The translations under genes and the position numbers were made by a program. Positions 52,358-62,478 of a stretch of DNA of 64,000 bases are shown here, piece by piece. The notes beneath the pieces were generated by a model. The model was not told the origin of the DNA, searched no databases, and saw only the letters and a program-made list of their open reading frames with translations. Origin of the DNA: Deltaproteobacteria bacterium. Its GTDB lineage: Bacteria; Desulfobacterota; Desulfobacteria; Desulfobacterales; JAFDMD01. The stretch covers positions 6,311 through 70,310 of the forward strand of contig JAFDMF010000011.1 in NCBI GenBank assembly GCA_019306065.1. The letters run 5' to 3'. Position 1 is the first letter of the stretch; every line of letters begins with the position of its first letter.

Positions 52358-52416
52358 AATCGTCCCTTTCACCCTATTACATTTTTAATTTTTGACGGGT
52401 TTTTTTCTACAAAAAA

Positions 52417-53661
52417 CTATTTTAAACCCAAAATATAATCTTTCGCCTCTTTAATTATCTCTTCCGCCTCTGCTTCCGAAATTTCTTCAACCTGCATAAT
52501 ATCTTCAACAGATGCGCTTACTATATCAGTTGCTGAAAAAAAGCCTTTTTCCGTAAATTTATCCGCCAATTGAGAACCGACTTTTCCAAGCGCCATTAAA
52601 GAAGCATAACCATCTTTAAGATTTTTGCTATACACGGATTCGCTTTTTACGTCTATATTCCAGCCGGTAAGCTTAGAAGCTAATTTTATATTCTGCCCTT
52701 TTCTGCCTATTGCCAAAGGCAGCGAATCGTCCGATACTATCATTTCCATTGAATTTGAGGCTTCATTTACTATTACTCTTAATATTTCGGCAGGAGCCAT
52801 AGCGTTACATACAAATTTAACGCTGTTGGAGCTCCACTTAATAATGTCTATTTTTTCTCCTTTAAGCTCTTGAACTACGTTTTGAACTCTGCTGCCTCTC
52901 AAACCTACGCATGACCCTACGGGATCTATATCCGGATTATCTGAAGCAACCGCTATTTTAGCTCGTTTTCCCGGCTCTCTTACGGCCCCTACTATTTCAA
53001 TTGTTCCTTCGCTTATCTCAGGCGTTTCGGCTTTAAAAAGCGCTATAAGAAAATTCGGATGCGTCCTTGATAAAATTATTTGAGGCCCTCTGCTTTCGGA
53101 AAGCACATCTAATATATAAGCTCTGATCCGTTCTTTTCTTTTATAGATTTCCTTCGGCATCTGTTCTTTTACGGGAAGTATCGCTTCAGTTTTTCCGAGA
53201 TTAACTATTATATCTCCTTTATCCCGTCTTAAAACTATCCCGTTGATTATTTCTCCTTTACGTCCGATAAAGTCGGAATAAACCGCCTCTTTTTCAGCAT
53301 TTTTCATTCTTTGAATTATTACCTGTTTTGCAGACTGAGCCGCTATTCTTCCTAATTCGGAAGCATCTATTTTTCTGCCTAAACTGTCTCCCATCTTAGA
53401 TTCTGGATCAAGTTTTAAAGCGTCCTCTATGCTGATTTGTAAGGCATCGTCTTCAACTTCTTCTACTACGTCTTTAAATTCAAAAATTTCAAGTTCTCCT
53501 GTTTCTTCGTTATAACTTGCCTCTATATCTATATTTATCCCATATTTTTTTTTAGCTGCCGCTTTTAAAGCATCTTTTAAAGTCATTATCAAAAATTCGG
53601 AATCTATACCTCTTTCTTTGCTTATCTGTTCGATAACACGTTTGATATCGTTTATAAACAT
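52417..53661 (-). CDS. nusA: Transcription termination/antitermination factor NusA
   Basis: 414 aa with S1 plus two KH domains (AVASDNPDIDPVGSCVG.RGSRV). Confidence 0.95.
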   Translation of the reverse strand: MFINDIKRVIEQISKERGIDSEFLIMTLKDALKAAAKKKYGINIDIEASYNEETGELEIFEFKDVVEEVEDDALQISIEDALKLDPESKMGDSLGRKIDASELGRIAAQSAKQVIIQRMKNAEKEAVYSDFIGRKGEIINGIVLRRDKGDIIVNLGKTEAILPVKEQMPKEIYKRKERIRAYILDVLSESRGPQIILSRTHPNFLIALFKAETPEISEGTIEIVGAVREPGKRAKIAVASDNPDIDPVGSCVGLRGSRVQNVVQELKGEKIDIIKWSSNSVKFVCNAMAPAEILRVIVNEASNSMEMIVSDDSLPLAIGRKGQNIKLASKLTGWNIDVKSESVYSKNLKDGYASLMALGKVGSQLADKFTEKGFFSATDIVSASVEDIMQVEEISEAEAEEIIKEAKDYILGLK

Positions 53662-53664
53662 AAT

Positions 53665-54180
53665 TTAAAGGTCTCCTTTACGAAAATTATCGAATCTTGC
53701 CCCGTAAATCGTTTCAAAAGGTATGCGAACTTGCTCTCCGCTTACTATTATATTAACGATTCCTTCAGAAATTCCTTCCAATATTCCTTTTATCTTCTTT
53801 TTACCCGCATTTGAGCAGGATGTGTAAAGAGTTATGGAATTTCCTGCAAATTTTTGAAAATCAGACTCTTTTGATATTGGTCTTCTACTGCCGGGCGAAG
53901 ATACTTCCAGATTATAAGACTGATCCAAATTCAGATTTATATCAAAAAGATTGCCGAGTTGTCTGCTTATTAAGACGCAGTCCTCAATATTTACACCTTC
54001 TTCTTTATCTATATATACACAAAGCGTTTTATTGCCGGATTGATTTTTATACTCTACATGAATCAATTCCATCCCTTCGGCAATGCATACGGGCTCCGCA
54101 AGCTCTATAACCTGTTTTGCAAGCTCGAATGTTTTAAGTCCTGCATTGTTTCTTTTACGCTTTTTAACCTTGTATTTCAT
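53665..54180 (-). CDS. rimP: Ribosome maturation factor RimP
   Basis: 171 aa. LEVSSPG.RRP is present, and the gene sits upstream of nusA. Confidence 0.85.
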   Translation of the reverse strand: MKYKVKKRKRNNAGLKTFELAKQVIELAEPVCIAEGMELIHVEYKNQSGNKTLCVYIDKEEGVNIEDCVLISRQLGNLFDINLNLDQSYNLEVSSPGSRRPISKESDFQKFAGNSITLYTSCSNAGKKKIKGILEGISEGIVNIIVSGEQVRIPFETIYGARFDNFRKGDL

Positions 54181-54197
54181 CTTAATCTTATAAAATA

Positions 54198-54222
54198 CAA
54201 AAACGGGTTAAACCCGTTTTTG
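54198..54222 (-). terminator. Hairpin downstream of tRNA-Gly
   Basis: aaaacgggtt / aacccgtttt stem, T-rich on the minus strand. Confidence 0.5.
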
Positions 54223-54275
54223 ATAAGTTGCTGTTTTCCAACTTTTAATCTTTATACTTTTTTAATAAAAAATAG

Positions 54276-54348
54276 AGCGGGCAACGAGATTCGAACTCGT
54301 GACCACAAGCTTGGGAAGCTTGTACTCTACCCGCTGAGCTATACCCGC
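54276..54348 (-). tRNA. tRNA-Gly (anticodon CCC), CCA not encoded
   Basis: Hand-folded cloverleaf: acceptor GCGGGTA/TGCCCGC, D arm GCTC..GAGT, anticodon stem CAAGC/GCTTG with loop TTCCCAA, T arm ACGAG-TTCGAAT-CTCGT, and discriminator T. Confidence 0.9.
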
Positions 54349-54572
54349 TTTCTACTTCTTCAAACGGATATTTATAAGTTAATTATATTAACTTGTCAAT
54401 ATCTTTATAATATAACTTGAAATATAAAAATGTTATTTCTTGATATTTTTAACTGTATTGCTATAATTCTTTTTCAATCAATTTAAAATGGCGAAATATA
54501 AAAAAAACTCCCGCCTCTCATTATAATTCGCGGGGAGAAAATAAAAATTATAGAAAAATCAAAAGGAAAATT

Positions 54573-55400
54573 ATGCTGTTATACGAAGATAAGGTTTATA
54601 ACGCGGCAGACTATTTAAAGCCTTTTATAAAAAATAATCCCAAAACGGCAATTCTTACAGGAACAGGGCTTGGAGATGCAATAGCATCCTCCGCAATTAT
54701 AGACGGCAGAGTATCTTATAAAAATATTCCTTATTTTCCAGTATCTACGACTCCAAGTCATAATGCAGAATTTATCTTCGGAAGCATTGATAACCTGCCT
54801 CTTGTTATCCTTTTCGGAAGGCTTCATCTTTACGAAGGCTTTTCGGCTAAAGAGGTAGCCTTTCCTATAAGAGTTATAAAGGAGCTCGGAATAGAAAATC
54901 TAATAATAACAAATGCTTCAGGCGGCATTAATCCGAAATTTTGCGCTGGCGATGTAATGATAATATCGGATCATATAAATCTTACGGGAGCAAATCCTTT
55001 AACAGGACCAAATAACGACAAATGCGGCATAAGATTTCCTGATATGTCTTCCGTTTATAATAAAGAGATGATTAAAATTGCGTCAAAAGCATCTCAACAG
55101 CTTAATATCAATATAAAACAAGGAGTTTATGCGGGTTTAATGGGTCCGTCTTTAGAGACTCCCGCTGAAATTAAATTTTTAAAGATAATAGGAGCGGATG
55201 CGGTAGGATTATCTACAATACAGGAGGTTATTGCCGCAGTGCATTCTAATGTCTCGGTACTCGGATTATCGGCAATTACAAACATTGCAAATTCTGATAA
55301 CCCAACCCGCGCGCTGCTTGAAGATATAATAAAAACAGCAAATAAAACTGCGGTTATTCTTGCTTCCTTAATAAAAAAAATTATAAGGGAGACGGGTTAA
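54573..55400 (+). CDS. Purine nucleoside phosphorylase (PNP/MTAP family 2)
   Basis: 275 aa. GRLHLYEG, ITNASGG and GPS.ETPAE motifs are present. Confidence 0.85.
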   Translation: MLLYEDKVYNAADYLKPFIKNNPKTAILTGTGLGDAIASSAIIDGRVSYKNIPYFPVSTTPSHNAEFIFGSIDNLPLVILFGRLHLYEGFSAKEVAFPIRVIKELGIENLIITNASGGINPKFCAGDVMIISDHINLTGANPLTGPNNDKCGIRFPDMSSVYNKEMIKIASKASQQLNINIKQGVYAGLMGPSLETPAEIKFLKIIGADAVGLSTIQEVIAAVHSNVSVLGLSAITNIANSDNPTRALLEDIIKTANKTAVILASLIKKIIRETG

Positions 55401-55401
55401 A

Positions 55402-55729
55402 AGGAAATAAGGAAGGGATTTCTCGCTTCGATCGACCAGGACATGAAGCATTTTTTTCACCGTGTAATGTCAATGAGTGCAGTGAGGAGAAATTTCATAA
55501 AACAGGATGGTTTTAAAAATATAAGAGAAGTAGTTATAAAGGAGATGTCCAAAATTTTTTGCGTAGCGGCTTTCATCGATGAGGAAACAATTCTCGGCAA
55601 GTTTTGCGTAAAAAAATGTGAACTGTTTGAAAGCGTAGCTTGAGTTTTCACATTTTTCGCAAGCCTTGAAAATGAACAAAATATTTTGTTATACAACGGA
55701 CTTTAATCAAAATTTAAACAGGGGAATAA
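55402..55729. repeat. Composite intergenic repeat copy ending in the SD of mtaD
   Basis: gggatttctcgcttcgatcgaccagg...gtaatgtcaatgagtgcagtgaggagaaattt. The ttgttcgttttcaaggcttgcgaaaa module follows in inverted orientation (55652-55687), then caacggactttaatcaaaatttaaacaggggaataa before the ATG. Confidence 0.65.
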
Positions 55730-57061
55730 ATGAGCGATAATAACATAATAGACATACTAATTTGCAACGGCATACTCGTTGCTATGGAAGAAACCATACC
55801 CCCTTTTAAAGATGGAGTTGTAGCCGTTAAAGAGGATAAAATAATATTTGCAGGCAGTAAAAAAGATATGCCGGCTTATAAGCCGATTAGAATAATTGAC
55901 GCCAAAAGAGGCATAATAATGCCAGGTCTTATAAATACCCATACTCATGCCCCTATGACATGTTTTAGAGGACTTGCGGATGATCTTCCGCTTATGACAT
56001 GGTTAAACGATTATATTTTTCCGGCAGAGGCAAATCTAAATCCGGATATGGTTTATAAAGGCTCCCTTCTTGCATGCGCCGAAATGATAATGTCCGGAAC
56101 AACCTGTTTTTGCGATATGTATATTTTTGAAGATTTCGTAGCAAAAGCCGCAAAACAGGCAGGAATACGCTCTTTGGTAGGCGAAGGGCTTTTTGATTTC
56201 GATTCTCCTAATTACGGTCCTTTGGAAAAAGGATACGATTATACTAAAATGCTGGCGGAAAAATGGAAAGATGACGATCTGATTAATATAGCAGTTATGC
56301 CCCATTCCCCCTATTTATGCGCTCCGGATCTTTTAAAAACGGCTCTTTTAATATCCGAAAAATATCAACTGCCTCTTGTAATACATCTGTCCGAAACAAA
56401 AAACGAAGTATCTATGATAAAAAAAAAATACGGAGCGACTCCTGTAAAGCATCTTGAAAATATAGGCGCTTTATCCTCTTCGCTTGTAGCCTGCCATGCA
56501 GTGGTTTTAACTCAAGATGATATACCTCTTTTACAAAAATATAATGTAAAAGTATCCCATAACCCTCAAAGCAATATGAAACTTGCCTCCGGCATTGCGC
56601 CTGTTCCGAAGCTTATCAACAGCGGCATACATGTAGGTTTGGGAACAGACGGATGCGCAAGCAATAATGATCTGGATATGTTCTCGGAAATGGATTCCGC
56701 TGCAAAGCTTCATAAAGTTAAAGAGCTTGATCCCACAGTGTTAGATGCCTTGACAGTTTTAAAAATGGCTACCATAAACGGCGCATTTGTTTTGGGAATG
56801 GAGGAAAAAACAGGCTCTATAAAGCCGGGTAAAAAAGCGGATATAATTATAGTGGACATAAATAAGCCACATTTAACCCCTATGTATAATCCTTATTCTC
56901 ATCTTGTTTACAGCGTAAAAGGAAGCGACGTAACAACTTCGATCATAAACGGAAAAATAGTTATGGAAAACAGAAAACTTTTGACATTAGATATAGCAAA
57001 AATAATGGCAGATGTTAATGATATAGCAAAAAAAATAAAATCCAAACATGATAAAATATAA
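55730..57061 (+). CDS. mtaD: Amidohydrolase, 5-methylthioadenosine/S-adenosylhomocysteine deaminase-like
   Basis: 443 aa. PGLINTHTHAPM, the HxxE-type metal ligands (IHLSET) and GTDG are present. Confidence 0.8.
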   Translation: MSDNNIIDILICNGILVAMEETIPPFKDGVVAVKEDKIIFAGSKKDMPAYKPIRIIDAKRGIIMPGLINTHTHAPMTCFRGLADDLPLMTWLNDYIFPAEANLNPDMVYKGSLLACAEMIMSGTTCFCDMYIFEDFVAKAAKQAGIRSLVGEGLFDFDSPNYGPLEKGYDYTKMLAEKWKDDDLINIAVMPHSPYLCAPDLLKTALLISEKYQLPLVIHLSETKNEVSMIKKKYGATPVKHLENIGALSSSLVACHAVVLTQDDIPLLQKYNVKVSHNPQSNMKLASGIAPVPKLINSGIHVGLGTDGCASNNDLDMFSEMDSAAKLHKVKELDPTVLDALTVLKMATINGAFVLGMEEKTGSIKPGKKADIIIVDINKPHLTPMYNPYSHLVYSVKGSDVTTSIINGKIVMENRKLLTLDIAKIMADVNDIAKKIKSKHDKI

Positions 57062-57073
57062 ACAGGGGAATCC

Positions 57074-58192
57074 ATGAAAAGCAACGTATATTTTGCAGAT
57101 TTAAGAGCAGGACATAAAGAAAACCTTCTATATAAACTTTCAAGACTTATTAAAACCGCCGGTATGCCGAAAATGATTAAAAAAAATGAACTTGCGGCAA
57201 TAAAACTACATTTCGGAGAGCCCGGAAATACATCTTTTATAAGACCCGTATTTATAAAAAAACTTGTAGAAGATATAAAAAAAATAGGCGCTTATCCTTT
57301 TTTAACCGACGCCAATACCTTATATTCCGGCGAAAGAGGTAATTCCGTAAAACATCTTCATAGCGCAGTGCAAAACGGGTTCGCTTATTCCACTATAAAC
57401 GCTCCGATTATAATAGCGGACGGGCTCCGCGGAAAAAGCGAAAAAACGATCAAGGTAAATTTAAAAAGATTTAAAGAGGTTTATATAGGAAAAGAGATAA
57501 TAGAAGCAGACTTTTTATTATCTGCAGCCCATTTTAAAGGGCATGAGCTTTCCGGCTTCGGAGGAACAATAAAAAATCTCGGCATGGGATGCGCTTCGCG
57601 CAGAGGCAAACTTGCCCAGCATTCCACATTATCGCCTGCAATAAAAAAAAAAAAATGTATAGGATGCGCAGAGTGCGCAGCCCATTGTTCGCGGCATGCT
57701 ATCTCTATTGTTAAAAACGAAAAAAAAAATTACGCTGCAATTGATCAAACAAAATGTATAGGATGCGGCGAATGTATAATTATATGCGCAAACGACGCGG
57801 TTCAAATCCAATGGAATCAGTCAATACCTATATTTTTGGAAAATATGACGGAATATACCGCAGGAGTTTTGCAAAATAAAAAAGATAAAGCTTTTTTTAT
57901 AAATTTTATAATTGATGTTTCTCCTGCCTGCGACTGTTACGGACATAATGACGCGCCTATAGTTCAAAATATAGGAATACTTGCCTCAAAAGATCCCGTG
58001 GCAATAGATCAGGCGTCTGTTGATCTGGTAAATAAAGAGCAGGGTTTGCCTAACACCTGTCTTAAAACAAATCTTGCTTCCGGCGAAGATAAGTTTAAAG
58101 GTATTTATCCGCAGGTAGATTGGGAGATTCAACTGGAATATGCCGAAGAAATCGGTCTTGGATATAGAAATTATGAATTAATAAAGATATAA
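57074..58192 (+). CDS. DUF362 domain protein with an inserted 2x[4Fe-4S] ferredoxin domain
   Basis: 372 aa. CIGCAECAAHC and CIGCGECIIIC clusters are present, with DUF362-like flanks. Confidence 0.75.
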   Translation: MKSNVYFADLRAGHKENLLYKLSRLIKTAGMPKMIKKNELAAIKLHFGEPGNTSFIRPVFIKKLVEDIKKIGAYPFLTDANTLYSGERGNSVKHLHSAVQNGFAYSTINAPIIIADGLRGKSEKTIKVNLKRFKEVYIGKEIIEADFLLSAAHFKGHELSGFGGTIKNLGMGCASRRGKLAQHSTLSPAIKKKKCIGCAECAAHCSRHAISIVKNEKKNYAAIDQTKCIGCGECIIICANDAVQIQWNQSIPIFLENMTEYTAGVLQNKKDKAFFINFIIDVSPACDCYGHNDAPIVQNIGILASKDPVAIDQASVDLVNKEQGLPNTCLKTNLASGEDKFKGIYPQVDWEIQLEYAEEIGLGYRNYELIKI

Positions 58193-58292
58193 AACGGAAT
58201 TTAAAAGCAAAAAAATTTCAATGCTTTTTTAAAGCAGTATAGACGAGGTAAGCCTTATCTTAAATCCCCTCTCAATTGGGTCAATATCTCTT

Positions 58293-58320
58293 GTAGATAC
58301 AAGGCATCCCTTGTATCTAC
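58293..58320. terminator. 12-bp perfect hairpin between the convergent DUF362 gene and the cas relic
   Basis: gtagatacaagg catc ccttgtatctac. Confidence 0.55.
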
Positions 58321-58364
58321 GTCTATCTAATTAAAAATAATAACAAAATCAATTAAATCATATA

Positions 58365-58957
58365 TTAAGAAGCGCTATCCGCAGTATGCTCGCTCATAAA
58401 AACAGGGCTGCCATGTTCTCGAATTGTAGGGTCTTTAATTAAACCTTTATCTTGAGTTCCTATAACATATATAGAAGATACCCCTGCTTGTTCCGCAGCT
58501 TGAAACATCCCTATAGACATCGACACCTTTCCGCCTGTAGTATCAAAAAAAATATTATAAAATTCAATATTTTTGCGAATATTTTTTTTTACTTTTCCCT
58601 GTGCCTCTTCAACCTTATCAGGCGTAGATAATATATAAAAAGGCTCCTTTATATTATTTAAATCCGGAAAAAATTCTATTTTATCCGAAAAATCCTTAAT
58701 AAAATTTTTTGCCTGTTCTTTAGACTGTTCGGTAGCATAATCCAGCTTTAAATGTCTTATTATCCATTCCGGCTGTTCCTTTCGGCTTACAGGTATAAAA
58801 TCGGCATTTCTATAGGAGCTTCAAACGGCTCGTTTTGCCTTGCGCCTTCATATTCGGTATCCAAAAAATCGCATCCGAAAAATTTGGGATTGTATCTTTT
58901 CCCGATTCTTTCGGCTTGGAAGCCTTTCTTTTTCTCGTCGCTCTCTTTCGCGAACAT
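58365..58957 (-). pseudogene. Frameshifted small ORF with a CARF/Rossmann-like DxTGG motif, in the csm6 position
   Basis: The ATG at 58955-58957 has a GAGG upstream. It reads MFAKESDEKKKGFQAERIGKRYNPKFFGCDFLDTEYEGARQNEPFEAPIE, shifts near 58800, then reads DFIPVSRKEQPEW...NIFFDTTGGKVSMSIGMFQAAEQAGVSSIYVIG...ADSAS*. Confidence 0.35.
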
Positions 58958-58969
58958 TTTATCCCAACC

Positions 58970-59418
58970 TCAAATGTTTGTTTTCAAAAACTCATAATTG
59001 AAAGCGGTTCTTATCAATCCTTTAACAGTGGAGCAGGGAAGTATAATTAAGCATATAACAATGCTCTTTTATATGGGCGGATATAGGATGTTTAAACAGA
59101 TCCTCTTTATTGCGAAAAATGGTTTCTATTGCATAATCGGTTAATATCTATATATTCGGACGCCGCACTCTTAATATGAGGTTTCATCGCCCTTTTTAAC
59201 TTAAAATAATCACCCGCTTCGGCAGCCTTTAAAAAGTCGGCAAACTCTTTTTTGCTCTGCTTACATATTAATTGGCTTACTTTGGTTTTATCGTAAAATA
59301 TCAGTTTATTATCCTGATCGTCAAAATAATAGTCCGTAAGATAATAATCTTCGCCCGAACCTATATGAACCGGAGTTATTATCTCAAAACTGCAATAAAA
59401 TTTTTTATTATTATCCAT
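58970..59418 (-). pseudogene. csm5: Csm5-like RAMP protein, N-terminal part only, multiply frameshifted
   Basis: The start FEIITPVHIGSGEDYYLTDYY is typical of Csm5. After the stop at 59107, shifted frames give ILPCSTVKGLIRTAFNYEFLK, resembling the IPGSS.KG..RT RAMP motif. Confidence 0.5.
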
Positions 59419-59809
59419 TGTTAATCTCCGAATCTTTAAATTTTATATAATAAGGAACTGCACGCTCGTTATGGATATGCTCTTTATAATCTTTTTGAGC
59501 GTCATAATGAAGCCTTTTTATATTCTCTTCTTTATACTCCTCCTTAACTTCAAATCTTCCTTTTCCTGTAGATTTATCTCTTCCAAAGCCGTTTATACCT
59601 ATAACCTTTATTACTTCTTTTATAAGTTTAATATCCAAACCCTCATTGTATAGTATATAAATATCTATAAGTCTTTTTTTACCGCTTTTTTCAATATCAA
59701 AAAAAAATTCGGGTACCCCGTATAATCCCCCCTCTATGCCGGTTGTGCCTGTATATCTGCTTATCGAATTTTTATATTTTTTTTGATTTTTTAAAAAGTG
59801 AAAAGAGGC
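59411..59809 (-). pseudogene. csm4: Csm4/Cmr3-like RAMP protein, C-terminal fragment only
   Basis: The frame is open with no start: NSISRYTGTTGIEGGLYGVPEFFFDIE...IGINGFGRDKSTGKGRFEV (glycine-rich loop). It overlaps the csm5-like start by 8 nt. Confidence 0.5.
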
Positions 59810-59931
59810 TCAATTGTTATCTTTAAACTTTTCTTTTTACTCTTCCTTGTTTTTTTTCTTCGGCTATATAGTTTTGATTGTATCCCCTTCTTTATATATT
59901 ATCTCTCTATCGGGATTTAAAAAACTAACCT

Positions 59932-61102
59932 TTACGATGTTAAATTATAACATTCCCATAACATATCTTCGGCATCTTTAGAATCTGGCTTGCTTCTAAC
60001 CGCCTTTTTAAATCTTAAAAACCCATTTCTATACAACTTTTCCATCTCTTTTAACTCTTGCTTTTCCCCCATTTCGTATGCTCTCTCGCATAAGTTAATT
60101 CCATTGTTATTAAGTAATTCGGGAAAATATTTTTCAACATCATTTTTATCTTCGAAAATCTTTTTAGCCAGTTTAATCCGCTTCTTCGGTTCTTCAAGAA
60201 TAAAATAATTATCTATATCATCCTTTCCAACATCCACTATATTACCAAATGTTTCTAATAAATAATTAAAAAGGCTATCTATAATCAGCAGTTTTGTTAC
60301 TTCCAATAATTCAGCTAATTTTATAAAAAAAGAATCTGCATCATATCCTTTCATATAACGAGAATTTTCCTTGCTTAAAATTTTTTCTTTTATATGATCT
60401 TCGGGGTCGTCATCTTTATATCCCACCCAATATATTCCATCTTCAAAATCTTTAATATCTCTCAAACATTTAAAAACGGGATTATTTTTTCCACTATATC
60501 CTATTACTATTATATTCCTATCGCCTATCAACTCTTTGAATTTAGAATCCATTTCTTTAAAATGTTTCTCAAAATCTTTATGAGTGTGGAGCTGAACAAT
60601 GCTATACTGCCGACCATGCAAATGCAATATGGAAATATCGGAAAGTTTATCTGTGATTACATCTTTAGAGGTTGTAAAATCATAAACCGCAGGAAAAAAA
60701 TTTTGTATATATAAAGCATTCGATAAGATAGTATCAAAGTTTGTAGTCAAAACTCTATCTATATAACCAGCCTTTATTATGCTACCCAAATACAGATAGG
60801 CAGTATTAATTTTAGCATCTTCAATAATATCGTTAATAAACTGCTTGCTTTCTCTAGTCAGGAGTTAATACGCTCATATACTCGGAATAAGAATTCCCCT
60901 TACATCTTTTAGAGCTCTCATGATATTTCTCTTTTATTTTTTCAACAATATCTTTTGCAACTGGAATTCCGGTGGATTCAGATACACCGATGCCTATTAA
61001 AAACAGATTGCCGCGTTTATTATCTTTATTTGAAGTTATATTATCTACGAGATCTTCTATTGTAGCTTCTTCATAGTTTACTTCTTTATTTTGGTTACTC
61101 AT
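59932..61102 (-). pseudogene. SIR2-like (SIR2_2-type) NAD-binding domain protein split by one frameshift
   Basis: The N-terminal piece has GNLFLIGIGVSESTGIPV. The second piece has IDRVLTTNFD, ILHLHG and IIVIGYSG. The frames join near 60850-60862 (..EYMSVLTP / RESKQFINDII..). I place the start at MSNQNKE (61102), which has an aagga SD. Confidence 0.6.
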
Positions 61103-61218
61103 CGCTATCCTTATCTTAATGATAACTAAAATCAACCTTTATAATTTTTTGATATGCAAAGCAAAATGCTAACTGAACTCAAAGATAATGCTATGTAATT
61201 AAGAAATGTCAGCGTCTA

Positions 61219-62093
61219 CTATTCAACTATTGAAAACTTGATTTTTCCTAATCCAAACGAGGTCCGTTTACCTACATGGGTTTTTTTGCAAAATTTTATT
61301 AAGGGTATAAACTCTTCAAGGTCTCCTTGATATATAACTCTTCCTTTTACTCCTCCAAACAGTATTCTTTGTTTTTGGCTTCCGGAATATCTGCTTAAAT
61401 CTTCCCAAACCGTATCAGATTTAACGGTTTTTACGGTTTTAGCTTTTTGTATTATATTATAACTATCTATAGTTAAAGTATCTTTTCCGTATTTTCGGAT
61501 AAGCGCCGCCGATTTTTTTATGCTTCCCCTTACCAATATGAAAATTAGTATCGAGATTTAAACGGTTTGGATGTTTTATTCTAAACGGAGTTATAAAATC
61601 TATGCCGATTTTTTTTATATTTTTAAAATTATCAGAATTTACGCCAATCTCCGGCAGATTTTCTATAAGACGAAATTTTTAATTTTCGGCAAGATAAACC
61701 GAAGTATTCCCTGATGTAACAAATTTTAGCATAAATTTTCCGCTCTCTTTGAAAAATTTTGTTCCCACGCCGTTTTTTTCGACATTATTGATTGCATGTA
61801 TAAAATAGGGCAGATATTTACTAAAATTATTATGATGTTTTGATTAAGCGGAGGCTCTATAACAAAGGGGCTTGGAATTGATGCTTTTTTTGAACGGATA
61901 AAGAGGAAGGAACAAATATTTTTATATAAAGGCATTCTGTTTTTAGAAGGCATCCTTTGCAGTATCTTTTTTACGGGGCACACTGCCTTTTTTAAATGAA
62001 AACCCAAAGCCCTCTTAATACGAAGCCTTAATAATCGTTAAAAAAAATATCGGATAAGGCTATACAGTTAAAAGAATATTTGCCGTATTTCAT
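61219..62093 (-). pseudogene. cas6: Cas6-family pre-crRNA endoribonuclease, multiply disrupted
   Basis: Fragments lie in three frames: MKYGKYSFNCIALSDIFFNDY*, ..RALGFHLKKAVCPV...CSFLFIRSKKASIPSPFVIEPP.., ..IDFITPFRIKHPNRL.. (with an in-frame TAA), then the C-terminal piece 61219-61536 ending HVGKRTSFGLGKIKF (G-rich loop). Confidence 0.6.
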
Positions 62094-62107
62094 ATCATTA
62101 TAATTGC

Positions 62108-62172
62108 TATTATAAGATTTCTCCTCGCTTCGCTTGTCGAATAATCATTATTTTTTGTGTCTAATTTTAGTT
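62108..62172. repeat. Partial MITE-like repeat copy
   Basis: gatttctcctcgcttcgcttgtcgaataatcattattttttgtgtctaattttag. Confidence 0.6.
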
Positions 62173-62478
62173 ATTGGGGTTTTATATATCTATTCTATAT
62201 AGGTTAATATATTGCTTCTTGAAAATTGCAGCCGAGTATTTTATAAACTTGTATGAGCAGAGCTTGTTATTTTTGCAGACAATTTGGATCTACGATAGCT
62301 TTTATTGATTCTTAATAAAGACCGCGACAAGTTAAAACATCTCTGTATTGACAATGATAACCTCAATAGCTCAATCATATTTTAAACAGGTATGCAAGAA
62401 AAAAAATATAGATAAAAATTATTCTTGATATTTTTCGATAATTTAATTAAATCAATAATCTTTATAAGATTTTAAAAA

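Noticed and set aside
52358-52372. Five extra N-terminal codons of infB in the track ORF (MKGTI)
   Set aside because: IF-2 proteins typically begin MAK.RVYELA, and gaaaggga upstream of the internal ATG serves as its SD, so the start was moved to 52357.
54040-54420. 126-aa plus-strand ORF from the track
   Set aside because: It runs antisense through the rimP start and straight across the tRNA-Gly gene, has low-complexity hydrophobic composition, and has no SD.
58193-62478. Looked for a CRISPR array flanking the cas6/csm remnants
   Set aside because: I found no direct repeats with regular spacing on either side. The only structured elements are a single 12-bp hairpin (58293-58320) and one MITE-like fragment (62108-62172).
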